64,000 nucleotides of DNA from Eledone cirrhosa (Eukaryota). Below the pieces are notes generated by a model, which saw nothing but the letters and a program-made list of their open reading frames with translations, was not told where the DNA came from and did not search any database. Every line of letters begins with the position of its first letter. The stretch's first letter is position 1. Shown piece by piece: positions 25,383 through 38,293 of this stretch. A program made the position numbers and the translations under genes. The stretch is from NCBI GenBank assembly GCA_964016885.1, contig OZ024742.1, positions 118,792,001-118,856,000 on the forward strand, written 5' to 3'.

Positions 25383-25777
25383 AGAGTTGTAGCAGTTTTT
25401 ACATTGCCAGTTATTGTGGGTAGATCACACTCAGACCAGCTGGTATCTCTCTTCCACGTTTCACCAGCCTTGACAAACCTCCAGATCTGCCCATCATCAT
25501 GCAGACTAAAACTTTCATCTTGTGTTGAGTTCCGATTCAAGGAAGCTGCAGCACGTAGCTTTGGACGTACATGGGGTGGTAGGCCTGGGCGTGTTCGGAA
25601 GGTAATCCGATTTTCACGCCCAGCTTTAGCAGAGGCCAGATGATATGAGGTTGCCTCTGCGGGGTCCGAAAAAGACAGTCTGATGAGTCTGGGTTTTGGA
25701 CCAGGTCGACCAAGGCGGAGAGCACTCTTTGGGGGAACACAGCCTAGGTCTTTGGCTGAGCTGGCAGCAAATGCCTG
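25373..25777 (-). pseudogene. LINE ORF1 C-terminal remnant
   Basis: RLG..PR.I...F motif; ends ..TTLGN*; the N-terminus in the ORF track comes from microsatellite. Confidence 0.7.
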
Positions 25778-25800
25778 ATATATATACATATATATATATA

Positions 25801-26134
25801 TCATCATTTCATTTTACGTCCGCTTTTTCCCTGCTTGCAAGGGTGGGACGGGAACTGATTCTGTCTTGATTTCTACAGCTGGATGCCCTTCCTAACACCA
25901 ACCTCATTTACAGTGAGTGCTGGGTGCTTTTTTGCCGTGGCACCTCCACGACCACTTTGCAGTGGAATGATAGGGACTGGGTCCCTATCATCTCATTTCT
26001 ACAGCTGAGTAAACTGGAGCAATGTGAAATAAAGTGTCTTGCTCAAGGAAACAACACATCACCCGGTCTGAGAATTGAACTCACAACCTTTCGATTGCAA
26101 GGCCAATGCTCTAACCATTAAGCCATGTGCCTCC
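25801..26134 (-). mobile_element. SINE family A
   Basis: reverse complement of 19615-19959. Confidence 0.88.
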
Positions 26135-26136
26135 TA

Positions 26137-26644
<508 letters not shown>

Positions 26645-26653
26645 CATATAGAT

Positions 26654-27000
26654 GGAGGCACATAGCTTAGTGGTTAGAGCATTGGCCTTGCAATCGAAAG
26701 GTTGTGAGTTCAATTCTCAGACCGGGTGATGTGTTGTTTCCTTGAGCAAGACACTTTATTTCACATTGCTCCAGTTTACTCAGCTGTAGAAATGAGATGA
26801 TAGGGACCCCAGTCCCTATCGTTCCACTGCAAGGTGGTCGTGGAGGTGCCATGACAAAAAAGCACCCAGCACTCACTGTAAATGAGGTTGGTGTTAGGAA
26901 GTGCATCCAGCTGTAGAAATCAAGCCAGAATCAGTTCCCGTCCCACCCTTGCAAGCAGGGAAAAACGGACGTAAAATGAAATGATGATGATGATGATGAT
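26654..27000 (+). mobile_element. SINE family A
   Basis: near-identical to 19615-19959. Confidence 0.88.
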
Positions 27001-28099
27001 ATATATATATATTTTAATAAATTTTATATATATATACACATATATATATATGATGATCATGGCTGAAATGTCTTTGGTGAAGGCTAATAGCAACTTCAGG
27101 GTATGTAAGGACACTAATTGTTGGGATTGTTGATTTAAGCTGAACAGTTGACCACCAATGTTACAACTGAAGTCATCCTATATTTTATCAACATTTAGGA
27201 ATTGTCTGCTACATAGAGTGAAGTGAGCAACTTGTCTGATATTGATGTTAATGTTGTATTGCATTAATGATGGTGGGATAGTGCTTTAAAGTAGTAATAG
27301 TGGGTGTCAGTGACAAGTAAATTCTGGAAGAATTTGACATTCAGATTTTAAAATATTGAACATCACAGTGAAAAAAAGGATATAAAAATATCTTACTATG
27401 ATCATGATACAATTTCAATGTTTAATCATCCTCCTTTAAAATCAATATCTTTCATTCTCTTGTTACACCAGCTCTCTTGTATAGTAAATACTGGTGGTTT
27501 CCTTTCATAGCATGTACTTTTTTCTTTTTGCACAATTCTTTTTCTATTTCTTCCCTGTCAAAGAACAACTCTCTAAAACATTAAACTCACCCTCTCTCAG
27601 TTTCTTCCTTACATTGTAAAATTAAAATGTATACTCTGTGTACAGTTTTTTTTACATTTGTTTTGTCTTGTCTTGTTCTTGATACCTTTTCCCTGACTTG
27701 CCTTTCATCCATCACAGGTTGATAAAATAAGTTCTACTAGTATACTGGAAAATTGTTCAATCAAATATATAGCTCCCTACAACAATTAACCTCCTAATTC
27801 AAAGAAAATAAGAATATAAGTACCAGTCATATCAGTTGGTAACCTCAGTTAAGACAGACCATATAACTCCTGGTGATGTCTGGATCAGGAAATGAAGTAG
27901 AAGTGTGGTTTTGAAAAGGCTTGGATCTCGAGGTATAAATGATCTTTCTGGATGTTAAGTCAGTGGTGATGGATGTGGAGAGCAGCAAAGGCAATGCCTT
28001 AAGCCTAGCAGCTTTCTGTGCCTCAAGTGGGGCAGGCAAGCAACCAGACTTCTTCAGGCATCGAGAAGCTATTTTGTAAACATCCCACTCTAATACTAG

Positions 28100-29790
28100 G
28101 AGATTGGAACTGCATATTTGATGGATGTTGGCATTGCGTGTCACTCACACAAACGTACTCAGATGTCTCCAAATGTCTGACAAATACTGACTAGATTTCC
28201 TAAATGAGCTAGTGCAGACATTGAGCAATGACACTGGGTCATCCAAATTGTATCTAGACAGTATTTGTTAGTTCAGCATAGAAAGATAGCATAAAGTGCC
28301 CACAATCCCAACTGGTTGGCTACACAGACCACAGTCAACCAAGATAAGACCCATAGACTGGACCTGGTAATAAGAAGTTAAATGCATCATTTCTGGTGCA
28401 CAGCTTATGATGATTGAATTATTAAATTAGTTAAGTGGCAATTGACTGGAGAAATCATTAACGACAGGTGGTAGGCTGCTCTAAAGAGCATGATTCGAAC
28501 AGAATCAATAGCTATCAGCCAAGAACTAGTAATAGAGAGAAATTGAATTAGTAGGAAGATTAGAGGAGATCATTTTAAAAAGCCTCACATCCAAAGTGCT
28601 GTGTGTACTGGTTCTTAAGTCATTGTTGCAGAAATTAGATGTACTAAAGGGCAACTTATTAAAATTGGGATGCTGGAGAACTATATTTGTACTAAATAAA
28701 TACAAGTTGGTGACAGGAGCAAAGATTAACCTGAATAAGTTAGCAGGCTTGCAGCTTACCACCTGGAGATGAATCTTTTTTATTAGATAATGTCATGAAA
28801 TGCAGGGCTGACAGACTAGTTAAATTGCTTGGTCCAGACCTCTAGTGGGATAATAACTTGGATGAGTTTATGAACAAGGTGAATCTTACCAAGACATGGG
28901 CTGTCAGAAAACTATTCTTTAAAGGTCAGGAAGAGGTGGTGAACATTATTACTTTTCTTATAATTTACTGTCTGAATGTTGTCTATTGCTCTAGTTTTAC
29001 GTGAAATGATTGAATTTTCTTCTTCTCCGCTTATGGAAGGGGCACATAGCACTGGTCCAGCAGTCTATCTGCTACTGACACCCTGCATTTGGAGGGCTCA
29101 GCATGCTGTAGCTGTTTATGTGCAGACATTTTCTGAGACTGTAGCATCTACATAGATGCCTAGAAATTAAAATGTGTGGTCACTCTTTCTCAGGCATATC
29201 TTTCTGCAGCTTATCTCTTCAATGGAGCTGCAACCTTGAATGAAACAAAGACCAAGACTGGGTACTTAGCCTCTAAAATGTCTCAACCCCCTAATAATCA
29301 GGCAATGTAGTCAGTCAAACTACCATATTAGCAATTTATAGATGACTAGTGGTGGAAGCTCTGTGATTCAACAACAATGAACTGGCTGGTTTGTTCCAAC
29401 CCAGAGACTACAGATAATTTCCAGAAATCCCTAACTTGGCAATGAGGAACGGAACCTGAATGAAATGTATACAGAGTAACAAAATTGTTCTGCATGCATA
29501 CATTCAGTGTCAAAGGATTATTGATTTGTGGCATTATATTGAAAAAGTGTTGTCACATGTGGGACAAATCCAGTTGCTTGCCAAGCCAATCTTAAATATT
29601 ACATTGCTGCTTTACTTTAGCTTGGAAAGGGCCGGAGGATTTCCTGTCTAGTGGTTATTGTGAAAGAGTTTGTGTGGTGGCTGTGGCTGAAATGACTGAT
29701 CTATTTAACAATGTATTCAACTTTTTCAAATTCCATTTAGAAAGGAAGGTAGAGTGGAGACAGAGGTGCTCTCTTCTAGCAAATTATTTG
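28100..29790 (+). pseudogene. decayed L1/Tx1-type LINE ORF2 relic
   Basis: YKLVTGAKINLNK at 28701 and C-terminal C..H...QC...LW zinc-knuckle remnant at 29460-29560; boundaries approximate. Confidence 0.55.
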
Positions 29791-31137
29791 AAGGGAAGCT
29801 GTGGTGATGATGATGTCAATGACAATGTTGATAGAAAGTTTTAAAGTTTGTGATAGTAATAGATTTTCTGATAGTGACACCATGTTGCCATAATTTACTA
29901 TTATACATATTTCCCTATCTCTCTTACAACTGGCACTGGATGAAACTTGAAGCAGTTCATGGCAACAGATTTAAAAAGATTGAAGTAAGAAGGAACTAAC
30001 TAGTTAGTAGTTATATGTATACTCATGTACAATATTAAACATTTCCTTAATGATTCTCTCATCACTACATTGGCAAGTGTAGTGAAATCTATGCTTCACT
30101 GAAGAGATCTAATAAGGCTGAAACACATTTTATTCCATATTGAAAGAAGCATGATAATATTAGTCATTGACTAATAATATGTTTTCTTCACTGCATAATT
30201 TTTTCTTGTTAGCTTTATAATAGACCCTGAATAAAAAATATTAACACAAAACTTAACTAAATAATTAATACTTTTGAAAATTAAGATAAGGCTGCTTAAC
30301 TAAATACATTCTTTTATTGTAAATTTATGGGGAGGATACATTTCTATCAAAGGGTATATTAGGGGTAGTATAAGCACAGCAGTTCTAAATTCTATTGACC
30401 TGAATCTGAACAATTATTTTTATTGTAAATATAAGGATGACATAAACAGTGAAGAATGTTAGATAACAGTTGAATACACCCCTGCCACCACCACCACTAC
30501 CACCACTGCCACCACCACAGAAAAGAGGGTAAAATGACAAAGTTGTACCTTTTCATTTAGGTTCCCTGTTAAGTTCAATATAGTAATTTGATAGCAGCAT
30601 TGTTGACTTTGAAATATAGAACTGATGAGTAATAGTCTCTTGTTTTTATATATAATTATTTTTAATTTGCAAAGGTCAACGGTGGCAATAAAGTTCAATA
30701 TAAGGACACTTCAATTGTATTTGTAATACAAAAATAAACTTCTATTGTAATCCCTATGGGAAAACAAAATAGGGAACTGCCCTTTAATAATACATCCATG
30801 CTCTAACACGCCCTCTCCATGGTTATAATTTTATAAAACAAAAAATATTTTACAAGATAATTGATATTTATTGAGAGACCTTATATTTGGAAAGCTTAGG
30901 GTTGTTATGTCTGAATGTCTGGCTACTATAAAGAACAGTTGTTTAAATCTATTTGTAGGGTATGGCTGTGTGGTTAAGATGTTTGATTTGCATCCTCATG
31001 GTTCTGTGCTCAGCCCTACTGTATGATACATTGACTGTTTTTTTTTACCTTAACTTTATGATGACAATATGTTGTGAGTCACATTTGGTAGACAGAAACT
31101 GTGTGGAATCCCTTCTAAATAAATTTTCTTTTCTTGC

Positions 31138-31277
31138 ACTGGTTTCAGTTAATGGACTGTGGCCATGCTGGGGTACTATTTTCTCTTACTGGTTTCAGTC
31201 ATTGGACTGTGGCCATACTGGGGTACTACTTTCTTTTACTGGTTTCAGTCATTGAACTGTGGCCACACTGAGATACT
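31138..31277 (+). repeat. about 49-bp tandem repeat, 3 units
   Basis: actggtttcagtcattggactgtggccatactggggtactact.. units. Confidence 0.85.
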
Positions 31278-31434
31278 ACCTCCAAAGGTTACAGTTGATC
31301 ATATCTATCCCAGCATTTATTTCAGTCTGGTACTTACTTTGTCGATTTTTATTTGTCAAACAGCTATGTTATGGAACTTAAGACACAACACAACACACAC
31401 ACACACACACATATTATATATATACATTCAAAAG

Positions 31435-31708
31435 AGGGTAAAAACCCCCTTTGATTATGAATGACCATGAGATATTTGCACCTAGAATGTTCCCCTCTGA
31501 AGTACAAGCCTGGGTAAGGTATTTTGTGGAAGACCAGCAGTTACCCATGCATATTAGTCTCCCCTCTCCACTCTCCATGCCACCAATGTTGTCCAAGGGA
31601 AAGGAAAAGGCTGATACAGCTTAGCACCATTGACTTTGCAACTAATTTCTACAGCTGAATGACCTGGAAGAATGTGAAATAAAGTGCCATGCTTAAGAAC
31701 ACAACACA
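31435..31708 (-). mobile_element. SINE family A variant (alternative 3' body), head missing
   Basis: matches 61349-61661 and the reverse of 58447-58784. Confidence 0.7.
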
Positions 31709-32795
31709 CCCTGTAATGATTTAGCAAAAAATATCTAAAGAGCAGGTTTATTCATTCAAATGTTTATATCTTTACTCATGATTGGACTGTTGTGAACATT
31801 TCCAGTATTCTAATGAAAAGTGTGTGTGTGGGGGGGGGGGGGTATGTTAACCCTTAACATCTTGTAATGATTTAGCAGTATATATCTAAAGAACAGTTTT
31901 GTTAATTCAAATGTTTGTAGTATCTTTATTGGCAGATAGATTACAGTGAAAATTTGCAGTAAACTAAAAACTTCAATTTATTATGTGATATTGTTTTATA
32001 CTTTTCAAACTAATGCAATTTTATGTGGTACAGGACATTAAGTATTAATGTCTCAGTTCTTGGTTTTGTTTCCTTAAGAATACAACACATCATGTTTAGG
32101 GAATTACTTCAGTATAAATTGCCCTGAGACATCTGCTCAGAGCTATACCAAATGTATTTACTTTAATCTTTTAAAACATGTCAACTCTTAAGCTGTTCGA
32201 TAGTTACAAGGTATTACTAGAAAATAGTTGATAATCATATTACTCATATGATGAAATCTATAATGGTTAATTAAAAAAAAAAAGCTATGTGAATAAAATT
32301 CAAGTTTTCCTTATCTTAGTCCTTTTGTTATCATATGTCTAATCAAAGACAATGCTTATGAATTTCAAATAATTTTGATAATTATAAAGAATTACTAATA
32401 TAACAAATTTTTTTTTATAAACCTGGTATGTGGGATATAACTTAACAAAGGTTTTTACATGGAATTATGATGGAAAGTTTTTAGATTAATATAAACACTT
32501 TAAAACAAACAGTTTTGTATCATAGAATCAGGAGTGGATTCAAGTAATTTTATATTGGGTTAGGGAATAAGAACAACTGAGTGAGGTTATATGATAAACT
32601 TTTCAATTTGAAATCTTGCAATTTAGCAGTTGTGAAAATAAGGATATCCTGTTGTGTATGAGTCTGATGATCCATATTGAATAACAGATAGAAATTTAGG
32701 TTAACTGATGCAATAACACAAACAACAGTTAGCATGTGACTTTATTTTGTTACTTCATTTTAGTTTATTTTTAAGACCATCCCCTCTAAATTATT

Positions 32796-33010
32796 GGTTT
32801 CTGATTTAGGCACAAGGCCAACAATTTTAGGGGAGGAGAAAGTCGACTAAATTGACCCCAGTACATTACTGGTACTTTATTTTATTGACCCCATAAGGAT
32901 GGACGGTAAAGCTAACCTCAGCAGGATTTTAACTCATATCATAAAGGTCTGTAACTCAATGCCATAAAGCATGTTGGTCAATGTTCCACCGATACTGCCA
33001 ATCAACCATC
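32796..33010 (-). mobile_element. SINE family B with 20-bp target-site duplication
   Basis: accatcccctctaaattatt at 32776-32795 and 33005-33024. Confidence 0.85.
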
Positions 33011-33035
33011 CCCTCTAAATTATTATTTGTGCCAT

Positions 33036-33243
33036 AGATTGGCTGAATTGTTAGAGAGTTGGACAAAATGCTTTGTAGCATTTGTGTCAACTCCTTAAAT
33101 TCTAAGCTTAAATATCACTAAGGTCAACATTGCCTTTCATCCTTCTGCGGTCGATGAAATAAAGTACTAGTCAAGTAATGGGGGTCAATATAATCAACTT
33201 ACCCCTCCCACAAATTACTGGCCTTGTGCCTAAATCAGAAACC
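33036..33243 (+). mobile_element. SINE family B
   Basis: gcctttcatccttctgcggtcgatgaaataaagtac core. Confidence 0.75.
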
Positions 33244-33709
33244 ATCATTATTCATATCTTTCTCTTATTTTTCTATTATTTCTTGACTTCTTAGCAGTTT
33301 TCCTTTCTCCCATGTAGCCGCACCCATTTTCCCTTCATGCTGCCATCATATGATCATTTTATTTGTAAAGTTATTTTGATCTTAAAGTTAAGAGAGATTT
33401 GTAGAGAATATAGATTGACCCAAATAACATAACAAAATATTGTATTTCCCACCCCACCACCGAAGACGCTTCGTCCTTGAAGACGCACCCGAATTTTGAG
33501 AACCAAAAATTTGAAAAAAATAATAAACAACTTTTGGCCTCCAGGACACATGGTAGATTTTTGAGACTTATTTTAGAAAAGTAGTATCTTTGACGTCGGG
33601 AAATACGGTAGTTTTATTCTATTACAATAGCAGAAAGGGAAATATTTTTCTACTGGTTGATGAATTAATTTAGCTGTGACAATCACACCTTGATCAATCA
33701 CAATCAAAT

Positions 33710-33897
33710 AATTGTTTCTACTTTAGGCACAAGGCCAGCAATTACCCAGTTCATTACTGGTACTTTATTTTTCGACCCCGTAAGGATGAAAGGCAAAGTC
33801 AACCTCGGCGGGATTTGAACTCGGATCGTAAAGGGACGTAACTATGCTGGAAAGCATGGCGTCCGACCATCTACCGATACTGCCAATCCACCGCCCT
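33710..33897 (-). mobile_element. SINE family B
   Basis: reverse complement of 7204-7392. Confidence 0.88.
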
Positions 33898-34067
33898 TAA
33901 TCCACCGCCCACAATAAAATAATGCTGCACATTATATGAACTTAAATGTTAACATCAAGGATTCTTATTATACAAAAAATAGAGAAATCTTATTGTTTAC
34001 AAAAAGGATCACAGTCTTCTACAAAGTGTATTGGTAAAGTGTGTGTATATATAATATATAATATATA

Positions 34068-34520
34068 ATATATGGATGTATATATAATGTATTTTGCAAT
34101 ACACTTTATGCTTAATTAAAAGCATTTTGAAGACCGTAAGCTATTGTTTTTTAGAGTAGTGACAAATTCACTTACTTTGATCTCAGCAAACAGGGGAGAT
34201 AAGCCGACAAGGCCTTGTTTCGCTTTTGTTGAAGCTTATCAAGGCTAACTACTCCCACCTGTCTACCGAGATCACTGATGTTATATTCTTATAGAATTCT
34301 AGTAAATAATCAGGAGCTGATTATGCAGAGCGGTTGTTGGTCAGGCAGAAATTAAAAATTAGAATTGGAGCTCTGAAATAGCAATATATCTCCCCTGTTT
34401 GCTGAGATCAAAGTAAGTGAATTTGTCACTACTCTAAAAAACAATAGCTTACGGTCTTCAAAATGCTTTTAATTAAGCATAAAGTGTATTGTAAAATACA
34501 TTATATATACATCCATATAT
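34068..34520 (-). mobile_element. non-coding fold-back element (about 134-bp inverted arms) with HHR in the spacer; probable PLE terminus
   Basis: 34068-34201 is the reverse complement of 34387-34520. Confidence 0.8.
34202..34246 (-). ncRNA. type I hammerhead ribozyme, U3-A8 core variant
   Basis: Minus strand: AGCC-UUGAUAA-GCUU(caacaa)AAGC-GAA-ACAAGGCCUUGU-C-GGCU. Confidence 0.85.
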
Positions 34521-34544
34521 ATATTGCTGTATTGCATATATATA

Positions 34545-36768
34545 TTGCGTGCTATTGTTCTCCACGCCTGAGCGTGGAGAACAATAGCACGCAAAGACAA
34601 AACCACGTAAATGGTATAGCAGAAGTCGTAGACTAAAATTCTAACTAGGAGACCGAATGAATCTCCGCTACAGAGTTAAGAGCAAAGTAAATAAATACAA
34701 TACAGAAGTAATAGAAATAAATAAATACATACATGCAAACAAATACGTACATACACAAGCATACGCAGAACACTTACCATCGGTATACAAAACCACGCAC
34801 ATATAAATATGTGTGTGTGTATGCGTGTATACAAATAAATAAATAATTATATAAACGTAAATAAATAAATAAATACGTATATAACAAGCGCACACACATA
34901 CCTACATGTAAATACACGAATGTTCGGAGACGTAAGTCAACTAAAACAAGAAGTACACATATACACACACCCAACATACGTACGAACCTGCATACTCACA
35001 CAGACGCAAAACTCCCGTATACACATAGCCAAACCATATGTACCAGAATATATAAAATTATACGCCATAACATAAACAATCAAATATACGTACGAGAAGG
35101 TATACGTACCTTCACAAAACATACGGGTAATATATACTTACCTATGCAAATAAGTAATGGTATAAACAAAACATACTTAGCTCCCACATCAAGACGTAAA
35201 ATATCCACGTATAAATCGTACTATCCGTTAGGGTATAACGTGGGGCTGTAATACAGGAAAGTTTTGTGCAATTTATGTTTACAAGCCGAAATTGCCTCAG
35301 ATTTTTTGTTTAAGATGTGGTCTGTGGCGTAGAGTATTTCCAGGGCCTCAGTGGCGCAGAGGTCACATGGTCTTTTATTTCCGTTATACGATCTAGCCCT
35401 AGCTAGGATCTCCCAGTGTAACTTATATTGGGTGTGGTTGTCTTTTAGACTCCAGATATAAGCTGAAAGTGACGTCATATTCCTTCTTAGAGGGTAACGA
35501 AAAGAATGGATATGCATGTAAAGACGCTGCTTGAATCTATTGGCGGTTAACCCTATGTAGGCCCTACGGGGCGTGGGTGTTACAACCTTACATTTGTAGA
35601 CAATGTTACTAGAGAGGTATTTCCCGGATAGGGGGCAATCAACCCGATTCCTACAATTACAGTTAGTACTAACTACAGGGTTGCACGTGTTCCTACGGCT
35701 AGGTAGTTTAGCTAAATTAGAAGCTGTGATGTTATGTGCAAAGTTAGGAGTCGTAGAGTAAGAAATTTTAATAGTATTTCTATTAAAAATGTTACTATAC
35801 TTATGTGTAGGGGGAAAATGCTTCGTAATAAGGGAAAGAAAGATCTTAGCTAATGGTGTGGCCACCTCCATATTATATGATGGGTTATACCAACAAATGC
35901 GACGGGATCTATTTCTTCTAGGTCTATTTTCGTACTCTGTATATGCTACCTTATCGACAAATCCACTTCGAGCAAGAGCTTCATTGTAATAAGTGGAATG
36001 GTCGTTGAAAATACGCTCGTGGGTGGAAAAGCGGGAAAGCCTCAACGAAACGTTTCTTACCAGGTTCTTGGTTATGCTGGCAGGATGGTTGGAATGCTTA
36101 CTTATGGAATTAAGCGTATCATTCAGCTTTCTATACGGGTAATACAACCCGTTCATTAAATTGAGGGTAACGTCGAGGTAATTAACGACCGAGAGATTGG
36201 CCTCAACCTGTATAGAGAGGTTGAAGCCTTTAAAGAAGGCTGTGAGTTCTTTTCTGAATCTGTCGCAAGCACGAGGTCCGCACTTAGTCATGGTCAAAAG
36301 ACCATCGTCACGGTACAAACCACCGCCCGCGTTGGGGAATTCGTCCTTGATAGAGAAAAGAAGGAAAAGGCCGATAAGATCAGTAACCTCCGCAGAATCT
36401 TTGCGTGTTATTGTTCTCCACGATCCACATATGACGTATTATCTTCCTTTTTTTCGTTCATTGCCAGAGAACGTCTCTATGAACCACCTAAGAGAAAATT
36501 AGTCTACGACCACTTTTATACCATAAACGTTTTCTGTCTTTGCGCGTAATTGTTTTTCACCGCTCCTATTAATGACGTATTATATTCGTTTTTTCCCGTT
36601 CTTTGCCAGCGAACGTTTCCACGAAACAAAGTATCGTCTTCCTGTCTTCCTCCGGTTGCAACGTTTTTTGAAATATCCACTTCTGCGTTTACAGATTGAC
36701 TTTGTTAGTTTCAGAAGATCCCGTTAAGGGTGAAAGCAGCGATTCTTTGCTTAAACTTTAATCTGTTA

Positions 36769-36775
<7 letters not shown>
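34545..36775 (-). mobile_element. Penelope-like element 1, 5'-truncated, with inverted 3'-derived segment at 36398-36775
   Basis: RT-thumb-GIY-YIG ORF; the ttgcgtgctattgttctccacg motif of its 3' end recurs in opposite orientation at about 36400; (TA)n flanks. Confidence 0.88.
35221..36399 (-). CDS. PLE RT (motif B' onward) plus GIY-YIG endonuclease, truncated
   Basis: DSAEVTDLIGLFLL..GGGLYRDDGL, NYLDVTL, SNHP, WYNPSY, CNCRNRVDCPL, IVYKC..YIG.T.NRFKQR..H, CDLCATE, LNKKSE..CKH. Confidence 0.9.
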   Translation of the reverse strand, partial: DSAEVTDLIGLFLLFSIKDEFPNAGGGLYRDDGLLTMTKCGPRACDRFRKELTAFFKGFNLSIQVEANLSVVNYLDVTLNLMNGLYYPYRKLNDTLNSISKHSNHPASITKNLVRNVSLRLSRFSTHERIFNDHSTYYNEALARSGFVDKVAYTEYENRPRRNRSRRICWYNPSYNMEVATPLAKIFLSLITKHFPPTHKYSNIFNRNTIKISYSTTPNFAHNITASNLAKLPSRRNTCNPVVSTNCNCRNRVDCPLSGKYLSSNIVYKCKVVTPTPRRAYIGLTANRFKQRLYMHIHSFRYPLRRNMTSLSAYIWSLKDNHTQYKLHWEILARARSYNGNKRPCDLCATEALEILYATDHILNKKSEAISACKHKLHKTFLYYSPTLYPNG

Positions 36776-36820
<45 letters not shown>

Positions 36821-36823
<3 letters not shown>

Positions 36824-37455
36824 TCATCATCATCATCATCATCATCATCGTTTAACGTCCATGTTCCACGCTTGCATGGGTTTGGACGGGAGTTTCCCAC
36901 TTGAGGCAAGAGTGGTTGTCTTGCTCGCATAGGACTGTCTGGCGGGTTTTATACAGCTGGATGCCCTTCCTAACACCAACCACATTTACAGTGTGGGGCG
37001 GTTTTTACCGTGTTGCCTACACGGCCACATTACAGCGTGGACTGTGTGTTTTTTTGTCGTGACACTTACACGATCTCATTTGTTTCGGCCTGGATGTTGT
37101 GGCACAAACATAACTTTACATTGAAAGGGACGGTGTAGATGGGGTGGGGTGGGTGGGACGGGGTGTATTTTGTTAGAGATGCCTACTGACTGTAGTAGGT
37201 TTTACTTTGTATTTAGGTAAGGTGGGTCTTCTCTATTACTGAGTACCGCCAAAGATCTCGGTCCAGTGACATTGTCTTGGAGAGGTGTAAGTGTGTGAGG
37301 TCGGAATTTATCAGGTCGTCCCAGGTTTTTCTGGGTCTGCCTACTCCGTGGCTACCGTCTATCTTTATTGCTCTGCACTTTTTTATACAGCTGTCGTCTT
37401 TCATGCGCATCACGTGACCATACCAACGTAGCCTTCTCTCGAGTAAACAACATCT
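36821..37455 (-). mobile_element. RTE LINE 3' end (C-terminal coding, UTR, (GAT)n tail)
   Basis: ERRLRWYGHVMRM..GRPRKTWDD. Confidence 0.85.
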
Positions 37456-37608
37456 GATATATATATATATACGTCAATACTCATCTTTTTCCATTTATCT
37501 GAGGGTTCTAAACCCCATTATCAGGCTAAAATTCCTTTAGTAAAAAATACGGTGAAAGCTATTCTATTTTCTAATTTCAAACCTGCTCACTGTTTCAAAA
37601 CATACTTA

Positions 37609-37702
<94 letters not shown>

Positions 37703-37756
37703 TGAAAATATGAAAATAAACCAAAGAAGCCTTCAATACATCAAAAGTCTTTATTA

Positions 37757-37794
37757 GCCAACAATGTTTCGTCCTATTAAGGACTCATCAGGGC
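37757..37794 (-). ncRNA. minimal type I hammerhead ribozyme
   Basis: GCC-CUGAUGA-GUCCU(uaau)AGGAC-GAA-ACAUUGU-U-GGC. Confidence 0.88.
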
Positions 37795-38293
37795 AAGTAA
37801 AGCTATAAGAAGCACTATCGGCCAATACAAGCCAAAAACCCAGAAGAATATGGAGTATACATACATTAAAGCATAGGAAAATTATCAAGTAAAAATTATC
37901 AAGTAAAAATTGCTAAGGAAGTGAATAACATTTTGAACCATATTACAAATATAGTACAATGCAAAAACTAAAACTAAACACAAGTGGTGATATAAAGCGA
38001 GAATTACAGTACTATATATAATATAATATAATATAATATAATATAATATAATATAATATAATATAATATAATTGATAATTATAATAATAATAATATTAAA
38101 AGGCCCAATATACATATATATATATATATACATATATATATCAATACACATATCCATCAATACAAACTAACACTTATTAAGAGTTTAAATATAAATAAAA
38201 ATAAAAATAAAAATATAATACATATATTATTTACAGTATAAAATGATAAAGAAATGAGTAAAAATAAACATATAATATATAATATGCTATATT

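Larger units (their letters stand above)
22263..25777 (-). mobile_element. CR1/L2-group LINE, 5'-truncated in ORF1, ORF2 with two frameshifts
   Basis: ORF1 remnant (LRLGRPGPKPRLIRLSF), APE domain, RT, C-terminal TRGH..R..F...RVAEAWNKLP, 3' UTR and (TTA)n tail. Confidence 0.93.

Noticed and set aside
19993-25643. Antisense and alternative-frame ORFs over the RTE and CR1-type elements
   Set aside because: Shadow ORFs of real coding sequence with no recognisable motifs
25680-25712. CTGATGA-GTCT..GGAC hammerhead-like start
   Set aside because: No GAAA box follows; it is the antisense of LINE ORF1 coding sequence
31138-31277. CRISPR-like regular repeat
   Set aside because: Contiguous tandem units with no unique spacers, no cas genes, eukaryotic context
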